Origin: Guillardia theta CCMP2712
Lineage: Eukaryota; Protista; Cryptophyta
Length of the DNA: 64,000 nt
Assembly (NCBI RefSeq): GCF_000315625.1
Contig: NW_005434597.1
Coordinates: 271,224-335,223, forward strand
Direction of reading: 5' to 3'
Shown here: one piece after another, positions 40,640-54,318 of the stretch
How positions within the stretch are numbered: the first letter of the stretch is position 1
Layout of the letters: every line of letters begins with the position of its first letter
The notes under the pieces: generated by a model
What the model saw: the letters and a program-made list of their open reading frames with translations, nothing else
Database searches by the model: none
What the model was told of the DNA's origin: nothing
Position numbers and translations under genes: made by a program

Positions 40640-42396
40640 ATGCAGGTGCTGGGTGATGTATGGCGTACCATCTTCTCCTCCGATCTGCGTGGAGAGTATG
40701 TATCGTCAGCCCCTGCATCTGTGCATGGTAGTCCTTCCATCGCCTCCCCTGACAAGGCGCCTCCTCTTTCTTGGAACAACTCGCTACATGAAATGATGTC
40801 TACGGTGATCCCGCTGTCACCCCCGTACTGTGACGCGCGGGAAGTCGAGGAGGGGAGATCTCGATCGAGGGAGAGACTGTTGAAGCCGGCAAGGCTGACA
40901 TGCGCGATCTGTGGAGGATTCTTGAAAGGAGGAAACATCCCCGTGTTCGACGTCTGCACCAGCTGCTCCTTGAATGCTTCCCATCGGCATTCCACACAAG
41001 TCTCACCCCCTCTGACGGAGAGGAGGAGCAGACCTCCCAGCACGTCGGTGGCTCCGCGTTTCTGGCGTGCGACAGGGCCAGTCTCGGAGTGTATCCGAGC
41101 TTGTCTTGCAGGGCACGGCTACACTGCTGGCAGCAGCGCGCAGGAGTGGCTGGTGGCCTGGGGGTCGTCCCTGTCCTCCGAGGAGATCAGCAGGTTGAAG
41201 CCGAGTCAGAAGCACAATCACCTGCCAGGATGGGACTCCCTAAACAACAAAGCAACGCTCGGGGAGGTGGCTCGGACCCACAGCTCGAGGGGGTCGAGCC
41301 TGGCGGACAACGTTCCGCTGACGTTCGTTCTTCCCCAGCACGCAGACGAGCTGCTAGCTCACCACAGGAGAGGAGGAGGGCCGTACATCGTGAAGCCCGT
41401 GGGAGGGACCCGGGGGAAGGGGATCAGACTGATGACGGAAGTATCCGACGCGTTCTTGAAGGAGAGGAGGAGGCTGGTGGTACAGCAGTACATCATGAAC
41501 CCTCACCTGCTGCAGGGCAGGAAGTATGACCTGAGACTGTACGTGGCTGTGACGAGCTCTGATCCCCTCCGCTTGTACATCCACGAGCAAGGGTGAGTGA
41601 AAGGAGGCAGGAGGAATGCAGGAGGGAGGGAGGAGGGAGGAGGGAGGAGGGAGGAGGGAGGAGGGAAGGGAGCGAGTTGAAGTCGATTCTTCAATGGCAG
41701 GTATGGGAGATTCTGCAGTGAGGAATATGATCTCTCGAGGCCCCAGGATCTGTTCAGGTCTGTTCCCAGTCTGTCCTCTTGCTCTCCTCCTATCCTTTTG
41801 CTCTCTTCCTCCCATCTTCTTGCTTTTTCCCTCCCTTCCCATTCCTGTCTCGCCTTGACGGGGCTCTGTCAGGCACATAACCAACTCCAACTTTCAAAAG
41901 TTTCACGAGCTCTACGCGCTCAGCGGCTCCAGCTCGAGGACGCGACCTGCGGGGAACAAGTGGCACATTGATATCATCAGGAGGGAGTGGGAGAGGGAAG
42001 GGAACCGAGGGGTGTGGGAGCGAATCAAGACAGCCATCACCAAAGTTTTCATCATGTTCAAGGTTCTGCTCAAATTCTGTCCTCCTCCTCCTCCTTCTCC
42101 TCCTCCTCATCTTCTTCCTCCTCCTCCACCTTCCCTCCTCTCTCCCTGCTCCCTCCCCGTTACCGCTGACTGGCTTTCTCCTCTAGGAGGAAGCGATCTC
42201 AGCCAGCAGGGGCGTCGCCGCATCGCAGTCCAGCTGCTTCAGCCTCTTCGGGATCGACGTGTTGCTCGACGACCAGCTGAAGCCATGGCTGCTTGAGCTC
42301 AACAGCCTCCCGTCCACGGGGACAAGCTCTCCTCTCGACATTGAAGTCAAGACCTCTGTCATCAATGACCTCCTCCACCTCCTCGGCCTGGTTGAC

Positions 42397-42438
<42 letters not shown>

Positions 42439-42913
42439 TTGTCCACTTGGCTCTCGTCCTCGCCGTTTTTGACTGACCCTGTACAGAGCCAGGAAGATCC
42501 CGAGCATGTCAAGCTTCAGGTCTGCCGCCTGCTCTCCAGCAAGTTGGACAGCAAGTGGACAAAGGAGGTGGGCAGCAAACGATCGCCTCCTCTTCCTCCT
42601 CCCCCAACCCCCGAGGTGATCAGAAGGAGGCTTGTCAGAGGAGGATGGAAGCAGGTCAACCCAAGAGAGATCGAGGTCGTCCAGGAGTACGAGGAGGAGA
42701 TGGCGAGAAGGAGGGGCTGGTGAGCTGATCGCTTCCCTCCTCCCTTCCCTCCACCCCTTCTTCCTCCTCCTCTGCCTCCATACCGTTCCTTACTCCTCTC
42801 TCAGGATCTGCTGCTTCCCGTCGCACAGGATGGGCCAGTACGCCATAGACTTGGGAAGGCCTGGAGGAGATGCCGTCCTGGCAGCCTACGTGGCAGGAGC
42901 CGCACGAGGATGA
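40640..42913 (+). CDS. Tubulin-tyrosine ligase-like (TTLL) polyglutamylase, possibly TTLL4/5-like
   Basis: NHLPG, PLTFVLP, YIVKPVGGTRGKGI, VVQQYI.NPHLL.GRKYDLRLYV.VTS.DPLR, HITN, CFSLFGIDVLLD, PWLLELNSLPS. Confidence 0.93.
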
Positions 42914-42945
42914 GGAGGAGGCGAGTAAACAGGGCCAGTAAGTCC

Positions 42946-45900
42946 TCAGCTGCTCTCCAGGACCTCGTCCATCCACTCGTCCTCCCACGAGTCTGTCGGC
43001 AAGAAGTCTTCCTCCTCCGGAACCTCTTCGAAGTGCAGCTCCTGCTCCCTCCGCTGCTTCAGCTCCTGCTCCCTCCGCTGCTTCAGCTCCTGCTCTCTTC
43101 TACTGATCGGGTTGGGTTTGACCTGCAAGGAACGTCAGGTGTCCCTGGGGCTCCTCTCCTCCTCCTCACCTGAGACTCCCGCGCTTCTTCGGGTCGCTTT
43201 CTCGAAGACGACGAGACGCTGCGAGTCTTTCCCCTCGTCCCACGAGCAGGAGCAAGAGATGGGGCAGGAGCAGGGGCAGGGGCAGGGGCAGGAGCAGCTT
43301 CCTGCTCCTGGCTTCTCATCTTCTTTCCGTCCCTGTCGCCCCGCAGTTTGAGGGGAGTTGCTGCTGCTTCAGCTGCTCTGAGCTTTCTCGTCTCCTCCTT
43401 GTCTGCCTTGCCCTCTGCCTCCTCTCGCTCTTTCACCTCCTCCCTCGCTCCTCTCCGGCTCTCCGGCGCTGCCGCCGCCCTCTCATGATCCTCCGGCGCA
43501 GCCGAGTCGAAAATGTGCGTCGTGTGCGAGACGTCAGCTGCATCTTCCGGCATGCTCTGGTAAAGCCCAGCTTCCTGCTCCACCTGCTCGACCTGCCTGT
43601 CCTCCTCGTCTTGTCTCGCCTGCTCCTCCTGTCTGGCCTGCTCCTCTTGCTTTGCCTTCTCCTCATTATTCGCCTGCCCCTCTGGTTTTTCTGGCTCCTC
43701 CTGCTCCATCACCTTCGCCTCCTGGTAGATTTCTTCGCAGATGGATGAGAAGACGTTGTCATGCTGCAGCGCCTCGCATGAGGCCTCCATGGAGAGGCGA
43801 GAGAAGATCGACTCGCGCTGCTCCCTGTTCCCCTCCACGCTCTCCATGCCCTGCTGCACCGTCGTGCTCAGCTCGTCGTTCAGGATGAACGACTGCAGCG
43901 ACCCTGTCTGCGCGTCGTCCAGCGAGGAGACGTTGAAGTTCGCGGGCTCGAGAGCTTGGGCCGCAGCTGGGGGCCGAAGCCTCGGGGTCGAGAAGTTGAC
44001 ATCGCCATCAACGCTCTCAGCTGTCATTGTCAGCTCAACTTCCTCGTCCTTTTCCTTCTCCCCCAGCTCGATCTCTCGCAGATCGGCTGCTTCCCCGCAA
44101 ACTCTCCCCGCAGCACCAGCTTCTCCCCTCACTTTGCCCTCGTCACCCTCGAACTCCGTCCGGTGCGCTGCCCCTCCCACCTTCTCTGCTTCCTCGAGGT
44201 TCCAACTCACATCTCTCAGCTCGACACTCCCCTCAGCTCCTTGCATCTCGTCATCTCCCAGCTGCAGCTTGTCAAACTCCAGCTGAGGAGCCTCTACCCT
44301 CAGCTTCATTCTCGCCTCTTCTGGTTGTACCTCGTCGTGTCTCAGTTCATCTCTCAGCTGGACTCGACCATCTCTCAGCTGCAGCTTTTCATTGTAATTC
44401 TCGTCTTTCAGCTGCAGCTTGTCATCTCGAGCCGCAAAGAAGTTGTCTGTGTCAGCCGAGCTGGCCATCAGCCCGGCGGAGGCTTCGTGCTGCCATTGTG
44501 AGGTCGACTCGAATCGGTTGGTGGGCACCTCGTCTGTAGTAGCTACCATGGTGTCTCTCCAGCTCGACCTCTCCTGCCTCTCCATGGCCGAAAAGCTCAG
44601 CAACTCTCCAGCTGGATAGTGAGCTGCTCCCTCCTGGGCTCCCTTCCGCCAACTCCCCTCGTCATCTTCCAGCCACCCATCTGTCCTCCTCCACCTGAGA
44701 CCCTCGTCTCCGTCCAGCTCCAAGTGGCTTCGCAGCTGCTCCTCATCTGCTGGGCGTGACCGCAGCAGGGGGGAGGAACCGCCTCCCTCTTCTTCCCTCG
44801 TCCCTTCCCTCAGCTCCTTTTCCCACAGCTCATACGAAGATGTATGCGCCAGGTCCCCTGGCTGCGTTTCCTCCCTCGCAGCATCCTTCTCGCCCATCGA
44901 CGCCCTCTCCCCTCCCTCCTCCTTCTGCTCCTCCCCATCCTTCTGCTCCACCTCCTCCAGCTTCTCCTCCTCCTTGTAGCTCATCTCCTTCTTTCTTCCA
45001 TCCAGCCCCTCACATCCAGTCGCCTCCCCACCCCCCTCTTCACTACCATCATGCTTCATCCCCAAACTCTGCTCCGCCTCCTTCCCCAGCTCAGTCTCAC
45101 CAGCATCGTCCTCCGCAGCTTTCTTTCCTCCCATCACAGATCGATCTTCCCCTTCGGACACCATCTTCGTTGCGTCCTCCTCCTTGTCTTCCTCCTGCTG
45201 CTGCCTGACCTCTCCCTCTCCCTCTGCTTCTCTTCCCTCCTTGCAAGAGTCTGGCTCTCCTGCTGTTGCATCGCCGCCAGCCCCTTCCCTCCCTCCTCCT
45301 CCCTCCTCTTCGATCTTCTCAGCTGATATCGAAAATCCTCCCGCTTCTTCTGCCGGGTGTTCACTCAGATCCACCCCCGCCTCTCGTCCCCCTTCCTCCT
45401 GCTCTTGCTCCTGCTCCTTTTTCGCTGTCATTTGTTCTGCCTCCCCTCCACCGTCGACTTCCCTTCCCTCCGTATCCTCTTTCCCGTGCTCTGCTCTGGT
45501 CCCCTCCGTCAGCCCACTGTCCACTTCACCCACTCCTGACCCCTCCAGTTCCCGAGCTGCTCCTCCGTCCTTCCAACCTTCGTCGTTGCGAGCGCTTTCA
45601 CTCGAAGAAGCTTCTCCTCCATCCTCTTCCTGGTCCTCTTCCTGGTCCTCTCCCTGGTCCTCGTCCTCGTCCTCGTCCTCGTCCTTCTCGCTTCCTTGCA
45701 CCGAATCGCTGCTTTCCGTTTGCTGATCTCGAACCGAGTCAATGTCTTCCTCATCCTTCTCGCTCTCCTTGCTCTCCTCCTCGCTGCTTTCTCTGGAAGA
45801 TTCAGAATCCTCCATATCCTCCTCTGAAACCCCCGATGGCTCTTCTTGGCCCAGAGATTCCTCCTCCTCCTTCTCTTCCACAGATTCACCCCCCTTGCTA

Positions 45901-47198
45901 GACGTCCAGGCCGACTCCTCCTCGTCCACCTCCTCGTCCTCCTCTTCCTCCTGTTGTGAGCTCTTGTTCACCTCCTGTGACTCCTTCACGGATTCATCCT
46001 CCTTGCTAGACGTCCAGGCCGACTCCTCCTCGTCCTCCTCCTCGTCCTCCTCTTGTGGGCTCTCCTGTGAGTCTTTCACGGATTCATCCTCCTTACTAGA
46101 TGTCCAGGCCGACTCCTCCTCGTCCTCGTCGTCCTCGTCCTCGTCCTCGTCCTCCTCGTCCTCGTCCTCCTCTTGTGGGCTCTCCTGTGAGTCTTTCACG
46201 GATTCATCCTCCTTGCTCGACGTCCGGGCCGAATCATTCTCCTGCTCCTCCTCCCGCTCTTCTTGAGCTTGCAGCGCTTCTCCAATCTCCTCTGCTCTGT
46301 CTTCTTCTCGATGACCAGCGTCTTCTTCAGTCCTCATCTCTTGCTCCTTGTCTTCACTCGCAACTTCTAATACCTTGATTGACTCCGACACTTTCTCCTC
46401 CTCACGCTCCGCTTCCTTCTCTTCCTCCTGCACCGCCACCATCTCCTCCTTCTCCTCGGTCTTGTCTTCCTCTTCCCGGCCTTCCTCCCCAATCAGAGCA
46501 TTTTCCTGCTGCTGTTGCTCAATTTCTTCCGTTCCTCCATCCTCTGCCACTTCGTCGACATGTACAGTCTCCATTCCACCTCCTCCGCTGACATCCGACG
46601 CTCCTGCTGACTGCTGACTAACCACCTGCTCCTCTTCCTCCTCCTCCTCTTTCCCGCTCCCGGTCTCCTCCTTCCCTTCCATAGAGCTCATAGCCACCTC
46701 CTCCTCCTCCTCCTCAGTGCTGCTCCTGGTCTGAGCATCGTTAACTTCCTTGTCTTCCGTCACTCGCTCTTGTTCCAATGCCATCGAAGACTCTACCTCC
46801 CCGTATGATATCTGCTCCTCCTCCTCCTCCTCCTCCTCCTCCTCCTCGCCTTGAGTCGATCTCACCGCGTTGCTCGAGGTCCTGGCAGACTCCCCCCCCT
46901 CGCTGATCCCCCCTCCTTCCGCTTCTACCGTCGGAGATGCAGACTTTTCCATGGAATCATCAGCCTCCTCCTCGACTTGCTCCCCCTCCCCCACTTCCTT
47001 CGCCGCCGCCTCCTGCTCTTCCACTGCCTCATCCTGCTCTGGGGAGCCATCAAAAAGCCCTCCTTCCTCCGTCTCTTCTCGACTGCTCTCGGTCTTGACC
47101 TCGCCAACCCTACTTGATTCAGCCCCACTCTCCTCAAAACCAGCTGGCTCCTGCTCCTGCTCCTCCTGCTCCGTCTCCTGCTCCTGCTCCTGCTCCGT

Positions 47199-47235
<37 letters not shown>

Positions 47236-49926
47236 TCCGTCTCCTGCTCCTGCTCCTGCTCCTCTTGCTCCGTCTCCTGCTCATTTTCGTGCTCCTTCTC
47301 TGTATGCGCCGCGTGCTCACTCATCTCCTCTGGCGCTGATCCGAAATCTTCTTTTGAAATCGAACCGGATGGCTCCTGCTGCTGCTCCTTCGCCCTCTGT
47401 TGCCCTTGCTCCTGCTCCCGGTCCTCCATGCATTCTTGCTGCCTCTCTTCGCTCCATTCAGAAGTAGCAACCTCCTCCGCCTTCGTCTCTCTCAGCAGAG
47501 GCGCAAAGGCTCCCGTCCCTCCTCCCTCCTCCCCTGCCTCACCAGCACTTCTCTCCCAATTGCATGCCCTACGGCTCTGAGAGTTCCAAGTGACAACTGA
47601 AGGCTTTGCAGTGAATCGGCTGAACAGCTGATGCCGATTCATCTGCCGTACCATCTCATATATCGCGACCTTCCTGTCACAAGCCAGTTTCATCTCATCC
47701 TCGGCCCTCTTCAACTCCTCCTGCTTCTCCACCAGCCGCTGTTTCGACTTGAGCTTCCTCGACATGGCAGCGTGATATGCCGACAAGGTGCCGCCTCCTT
47801 CCAGCGCCTTGCTCGGGATGGAATCCATCACCGTCATCGCCTCCTCTGCTGACCTTGCGTGCATAAGAGCAGCAAGGTAACTTGAGTTCTTCAGCGTCAG
47901 CCCCATCCGATCGGCTTCCCCTAGCGTCTCCAGCATTTCATCAACAGCATTCACCGAGGTCAGAAACAGGATCGTGGAATCGAAGAGCTCGCGCGACTTG
48001 TGCTGTTGGCAAACTTTTCTGTGGACATTCATCACTTGTTGGAGCGAGTGTCGATCTCCGTGCTTGACCAGGAAGAACCACTTCAAGACTGCAGGACAGA
48101 GAGCATCGACTTGTTCTGCAGCTGTAAACACGTCGTCGGCCACATTCTGGTGCACCTCAAGTTTCCTCACACACAGGAACGCTGTTTCCATCAGCGAAGA
48201 GAAGAACTGTTCGTCAGGAGGAGACGAAAGAAGTGCTGGGAGCTTGAGCAGCACGCCCATCAAGTCCGCCATGTCGAAATCGAACTCAACCCCACAACCA
48301 GGAGCCTCGCGCATGTACTCCGACAGAGCTCTGTTAAAGCATGTCAACGCCGTTGTTGTGAAGCTTGCCTCCCCTTTTCCAACAATCTCCAGCACTTGTC
48401 GCAAGACACGGCTGAACTTTCCTGACGGGTTTCCGTGTAAGATTGTCCTGCTCAACGTTTTCACCATTTCGATCACAGCCTCGCGCGATCTCGCGCCAAC
48501 AGCCGTCAACCTCTGAATCATCTTGCAAGCCTTGCTCGCGTTAAATTTCACATCCAGAGTATTCTTGCAGACTGACATCGTTGTGCTCAAAAGGCACCTC
48601 CACGTCAACTCGGATACTTGAACTTGATCTGCAGCCCCCAGAACAAGTCCCGTCAGCCATTCCACATCTTCTTCTGAAGCCTCGAAATTTCTTGTGACGT
48701 ACTTCCAGTCATGATTGCCAATCTGACAATCAAAGCTCCCATGGCAGAAGGCAAGAGCAGTGACATCTAAAACTTCACTTCTTCGCAAGCTCGTGCGCTC
48801 CCAGAAATCCTGGGTGCAGTCCCTGATCGCATTCCACCATTTCCGGCGGCATGTTTCATCGGCCATCGAAGACCTTTCATTCATGCTGAGCAAGGCCTTT
48901 GATACCAACGCCTGATACGCCAGAAGCTTCAACTCATCCCCCAGCTCCTCGCTGATCGACTTTGACAGCTCACAGACAATCTCTGCTGCCTCTGGATCCC
49001 GGTCCCACGAGCTCGCGTTATTCGCTGCAAGTTCTTGAATCTTTCCCAATGTCCTCTGAAACGTGTTGCATGCAAGCTCGTCAACGTTCCACTTCTCCCT
49101 GAACTTCATCATCCTCGACATGGATGTCAGCAGACTGATCAAATCTCCCCGGCATCTCACTCCCCTCAGATGGTGGATAAGCTCTCCTGCGCTCTCTAAG
49201 TTCACAGTCTTTGTCTTCCTGTACAAGACAATCTCCATCGTCGAACAAGAGCTCATCTTGCTGGGTTCTCGCAGAGCCATGCTCTGCGATTCTTCCAACC
49301 CCTCCTCCTCATCACTCGCTGCTTCCCTTTCGTCCCTGAGTATCTTCAATTTGACCACCTGTCTCGTCTCATCTAGAAGGAGCGCCTGGAGAGACCAAAC
49401 TTCAAACATCATCGTCATCTCAGGCACATGTTCTGACCTTCACGCCCTCAGAGCCAAGTTGCCATGCCGGCACATGCTCCACATGTAGGACCCTGTCCTG
49501 GGGTCGTATTGGCTCGAGCGCGATGAACCCTAGCTTGTCAACATCGAAACGCGCGACGGAGAGAGACCATCCATGGCCTGGAAGCCATGCTTCATGGAGG
49601 ACGACGGGCTCCTCGATCAGATCTTGTCTTCGTCCCTCGACATTCCTGCAAGCCACAACCGTCACAAGAGGATCCGAGGTCAGAAGGAGGAGCACAAACC
49701 GGACAGGAGAAGAGTAAGGAGGAGGCGACTCTCTGCTTCTCAGCATGTCTTGTCGCAACTTCTGCTCTCCTCCGTTCAACGCCGCGTCCACCATCAGCAC
49801 CCCCAGCAGCCATCCCATCACCCTTCCCCTCCGCCCCCACGCCATTCCGGCCGCCCCTCCCCACATCCCCGCTCTTTCCCTTCCGAGGCTACGGATTCCC
49901 AGACGGATTCCTGTACGCCGATTCAC
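42946..49926 (-). CDS. Giant (~2200 aa) protein: hydrophobic N-terminus, PDZ-like segment, helical/PPR-like region, very long Glu-rich tail
   Basis: 6.3 kb uninterrupted ORF 43083-49427; upstream exons (IRPQDRVLHV); terminal exon (RREQELKQ)x3...VLESS*. Confidence 0.75.
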
Positions 49927-50249
49927 TTTGTGACGGATGGCAAGAGTCTCAGGGCCGATGTGACGGATTCTGCTGCGGAACTTGTCAAAGAGTCTCAGTG
50001 CTCAGTGACGGATTCCAGTCAGTTCTGCTGGGGCTCGGAAGGACTGTCCTGGCTGCCATCATTGCGGGGCGGGGTTCACAGTGCATTCCGGTACGCCGCC
50101 GCTGCTCAATCTTACTTCCGACTCTCACAGTATTAAGAGTCGGCCGCGGCCGACCGCGGCGGCGGCGGCCCGGCCGGGCGCCCGGGCCCGGGCGCCGGGC
50201 CGGTGCGGCCCGGCAGTGTGCGGCCCTGAGCCTCAGTGCGAGCCTCCTC

Positions 50250-50297
50250 GACTCTCCTGATTGTCCTCGTACTGATTTTTAACTTAACTTTGAGTAA
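50250..50297 (+). repeat. Dispersed intergenic motif, longest intact copy
   Basis: GACTCTCCTGATTGTCCTCGTACTGATTTTTAACTTAACTTTGAGTAA. Confidence 0.9.
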
Positions 50298-50304
50298 TGG
50301 GATG

Positions 50305-52193
50305 GGAAGCAGCGGAAACATCACGACGAGCAAAGGGGACAGCAGTCATCGTAGTGCTGACCATTAATGGTACAGTACCGGTACTTCATAGCCCATTTGG
50401 AAGGGGCTGGGTGGGGGGTGGGGGACCAATCGGCAAGACGAAAAATGATGCAGGGAGCAAGCATTGTACGAACTCCTCTCTCCCTCCCCCTCCTCCTCCT
50501 CCTCTCGCTTCTCCTCCTAGCGGGACCCGTTGCAGCTGACGATCACACGTACAAGCAGTGCAACGTTCAGGCTGATTGTGATGACAAGGACTACCCAATC
50601 TGCATGCCGCTCTGGAACGACGAAGGCATGGCGACATTGGACACGAAGGTGGTGGATAACATCTACATCGGCGTGTGCGTGCAGTGCCGAACCGACTGTG
50701 ACTGCGATACGGATGAATACTGTGCCAACGACTTCACTCTCAATAAGTTCTCGTCCGCCCTGAACGCGCTGGACAGATACACTGAGCAGCAGAGAGCTCT
50801 TGTAGGCGCCCACTACAGTCAATATCAATCGCTCAAGATACGCAGCGTCTGTAAGAAAAGAGATCTGCCAGACGAGTACGACTTCTGCAACACCAGGCAG
50901 GACATCGTGTCGGATACTGTTTCCAAGAGCTACGAGTGAGTTGCTATGAGTTGCAATCAGACGATACGATTTGTTTGAGCCTGATTGCTGTGCAGCTCCG
51001 GGCATTTGTATTCCACTGGCTACATTCACGTGAAGAACAAGAATCGGTTCTGCGGCCGCATTGAGGAGAACGCTTTCCTGGTTACAGATGAGATTCAATG
51101 TGTGGGAACGGGGTGCGGGGGAAACCTTTTGGTTGGCAAGCTCATCAACACCCCAGCTATCTGTATTCCCGTGAGTTTTTGCTCCACAGCTCTCCTGTCC
51201 TGTGTGCCGATGTTGTGAAGCAATCCATGTGTAGACGGTATACGTCTCAGGGACCAAAGTCATCAATGGCACTTGTCAAGCGGAGCAAATGTCCATCACA
51301 GGCGGGGGGTATTTGTACCTGCTCTCGTACCTGATCTGAGCTGCTGTATCGACAGGTTCAACTTCAAGACGAGTGTGGTCGACTGGGAGGGATACTGCAA
51401 AGACAACAGCTGTAAAGAGTAAGACCTGATTACTTGAAATCCCAGCTAGGCTCAAAGAGCTTCTGTCAGTTGTCGACACGGAGATACTATGTGCACTGAA
51501 GTGTATCAACAAGCACGTGTTTGCATCAACGGAAAAGTACGTGACGGAGAGGGGACAAGCAGTCTGGGATGATTGACTTCCTTTCAGTGGAAACTCCGAT
51601 ACTCTGCCACCATGATCGGGTATGAAAGGAGCTATGACATGGTCAGCGAGAACATCCAGCTGCAAACTCAGGTACTCCGAGTGAAGCGCGAGATGCCGCT
51701 GTAACATCTCACCCACTGAGCGGCTGACTCTCACAGATCACCATTGCTTTGTTCACGTCTCTCTGCTTCGTTGTGGCGGTGGTCTGTGCAGTCCTCTTGA
51801 CCGTCAGAAGACCTGCCGCCAGTCAGACGGCATCACACGTCAAATCTGCCGCCCCCGTTGCTTCCCCTGAGGCTGCTGCTCCTCCTCCAGGCTCCATCTC
51901 TCTCAACGTGCCCAGGCCAGAGGACGAGGGCTACTTTCACAACACAGTTAGGGCTGTAGAACTTGGAGCGGAAGGAGTAGGAGGGGCTGGTCAGGCGTAG
52001 GCCTTCAAAGCTGACTTTGTGCCGCTAGTGCAACAGACTGTGAGAACAAGAGCGAGAGACTGTGACTGAGCAAATCCAGCAGCTTGCCAATTGAACGTCT
52101 TAGACTTGCAGTGCCGGGAACGGTACACAACTTACAAGTGCAGGTCAATTAAGATATGATGAATAAGCTGAATAAAGAATCAGATTCACACGT
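50305..52193 (+). repeat. Inverted segmental duplication, left arm
   Basis: Reverse complement of 56852-58770, from GGAAGCAGCGGAAAC to GCTGAATAAAGAATCAGATTCACACGT; matching ORF translations on opposite strands. Confidence 0.97.
50445..52000 (+). CDS. Cys-rich single-pass surface protein, paralog B1
   Basis: Signal peptide; CNVQADCDDKDYPIC...GVCVQCRTDCDCDTDEYC; spliced exons; TM ITIALFTSLCFVVAVVCAVLLTV. Confidence 0.85.
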
Positions 52194-52785
52194 CGAACGG
52201 TCCCCATGATGAGTCAGATATGAGTCCGATTCCGAAGCGGCTGGCGGCTGCCAGTGGTGGCGGCGACCCGGGCCGGGCATTGGCCCGTGCGGCCCGCCGG
52301 TGGCTCGCGCCTAGCAGTGACGGGCCGGTCGGTACTGTAACGGCGCCGGCCCGGCCCGGTCACCAGTAGCCTCGGTGACCGTGGTACGGTGCTTGTCCGA
52401 GTCATTCTGTCAGTTATCGAGTCAAAAACGTAACGGAAGATCTATTTTCGCGGGGACAAAAATGTTTGCTCAAAGCGGCTGGTGCGCTCATGAGAGTAAG
52501 CTGGAAGGAAAGGAAAGGAGCAGCGTAGAGGAAGGAGCCTGTGCAACCTTCAACCTTGATTCGAAGCTTGAGCTCGGTAGGAGGGAGACAAAAGGAGACA
52601 CCGAGAGGGGGTGGATCGTGACAGTGTAACGATAGAGGAACAAGCGAGGAAAAGCTATGATGACGAGTGCTAGGATACGAAGGAGACGAAGAGATAAAGA
52701 AGGTGATGAGAGATGCAGGGGCGGAGGGATTGAGGGTCTGGGTTGAGAAAGAACAACTTGTTGCATGTGTGTACACCTTTGAGCT

Positions 52786-53304
52786 ATGGAACAATCTGGC
52801 CACGTGATTGTGGAAATGAGCGAAGGTCCTTTTGAGACCTACAATGTTGCACATTACTTCTTCAATGCGCTAACAATCTCTTTGGGTTGCTCGCAGACCA
52901 ATGTTCGAAACAATCCGCAGCACTCAGGAGCTGTTTGCCTCCTTCAAAGAGCAACGCTTTGAGGAACTCGGTGATGTGGTGAGCTTCAGAGGACTCGAGA
53001 CAGTCTGCTCATCGACCTTTCTCGCAGAACTTCTCTCTCCAGGACTATGAGAATGCCTACCTAACAGCGCGCCAAACTTACCTTGATGCTGCCGAGGCCG
53101 TGAAGAAGGTTACGGGCCCTTACGAGGCAAGCAAAAACTCATCAGGGAGGGTACTGTTGCCTGTCCGCTGATCGTCTTTCCAGGCTAGTCGCGATGCCTA
53201 CGTTGCAGCAGGTTAGTTGTGTGGGCATGATGTCCTTCTCTAGAATTTTTGCTCTGACAATGCGATGTTCAGCTGCCACGTACACCAAGTCTTTGTACAG
53301 TTAA
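52786..53304 (+). CDS. Small hypothetical spliced protein
   Basis: GT-AG exons join to ...NFSLQDYENAYLTARQTYLDAAEAVKK|ASRDAYVAA|AATYTKSLYS*; start uncertain. Confidence 0.5.
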
Positions 53305-53420
53305 ACCGGTATCCGGTATTTGGCAGATAGTCGGTGTCAGGCTCCAGGAGATTCATGCATTTTTGCGTTTATTCTGATGCTCAGAACAAAGACAGTTTTC
53401 TCCCGCTCGAGGAGTTGGCT

Positions 53421-54318
53421 TTAAGGAAGCTGACCGCAGTCATCAATCTTGCATTCAGCAGATGGCTGCCCGCTTGAGGTGCCCTTAGCTTCCAAACTCT
53501 TCACAACATCCATACCCTCAATCACCCTGACAACAACCGTCAGATCTGCATCCATATCTAACAAAGTTATCCCATACTTTCCGAAGATGACATGACGACC
53601 GTCCAGCCATGGTGTTGGCACGGTGGTGATGAAGAACTGGGATCCGTTCGTGTCGGGGCCCCTGTTTGCCATGGAGAGCAGGCCAGGAGACGAATGCGCA
53701 AAGGCAAAGGCCTCATCGGGGAAGGTGGAGCCGTAGATGGACATTCCGCCTGTTCCGTTGTGATTTGTGAAGTCTCCTCCCTGGATCATGAACCCGGGAA
53801 TGATGCGGTGGAAGGAGCAGCCTGACAACGAGAAGATCAGAGTGAAGAACCATTCTTGTCTGTCCTTGAACATCATTCGAGAAGGATATCAGAAAGTGTT
53901 CAAAAGCATCATCAGCGTGACATTCTCTGAGAGAAGATTAGACAACAACCATTCATCCTGCTATCCCTGTGCATCCCATGGACTTCCGAACTACCACAAG
54001 TGCTCACCTTTGTAGCCTGCAAGGCCTTTTGCCTCTCCAGTGCAAAGCTGGCGAAAGTTCTCGCAGGTCTGAACAACCAAGTCAGCAAGTCTGCTCGCGT
54101 TGCAGTTCTGCGAGGACCTTTGGTGTCTTGTCAGCGAAGAGCTCGAACACAACCCTGCCCGCAGGTGCTCCATTGATGCTACAATCAAAGAACACCTTGG
54201 GATTCTGATTGGATGCAGCAGAAGAAAGGAATCTTTGCGTCAACGAGCTTGCAAAGAAATGATTCTTCTGCTGGGTAAGGATCGAAGCCCCAAAGCGCAA
54301 ACCGGATTGCATTTGCAT
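53421..54318 (-). CDS. Cyclophilin peptidyl-prolyl isomerase, probably mitochondrial
   Basis: [61 protein letters not shown]; Ser/Arg-rich, acid-free N-terminal extension. Confidence 0.96.

Noticed and set aside
43741-48516. Many Ser/Pro-rich plus-strand ORFs
   Set aside because: Antisense shadows of the Glu-rich giant ORF
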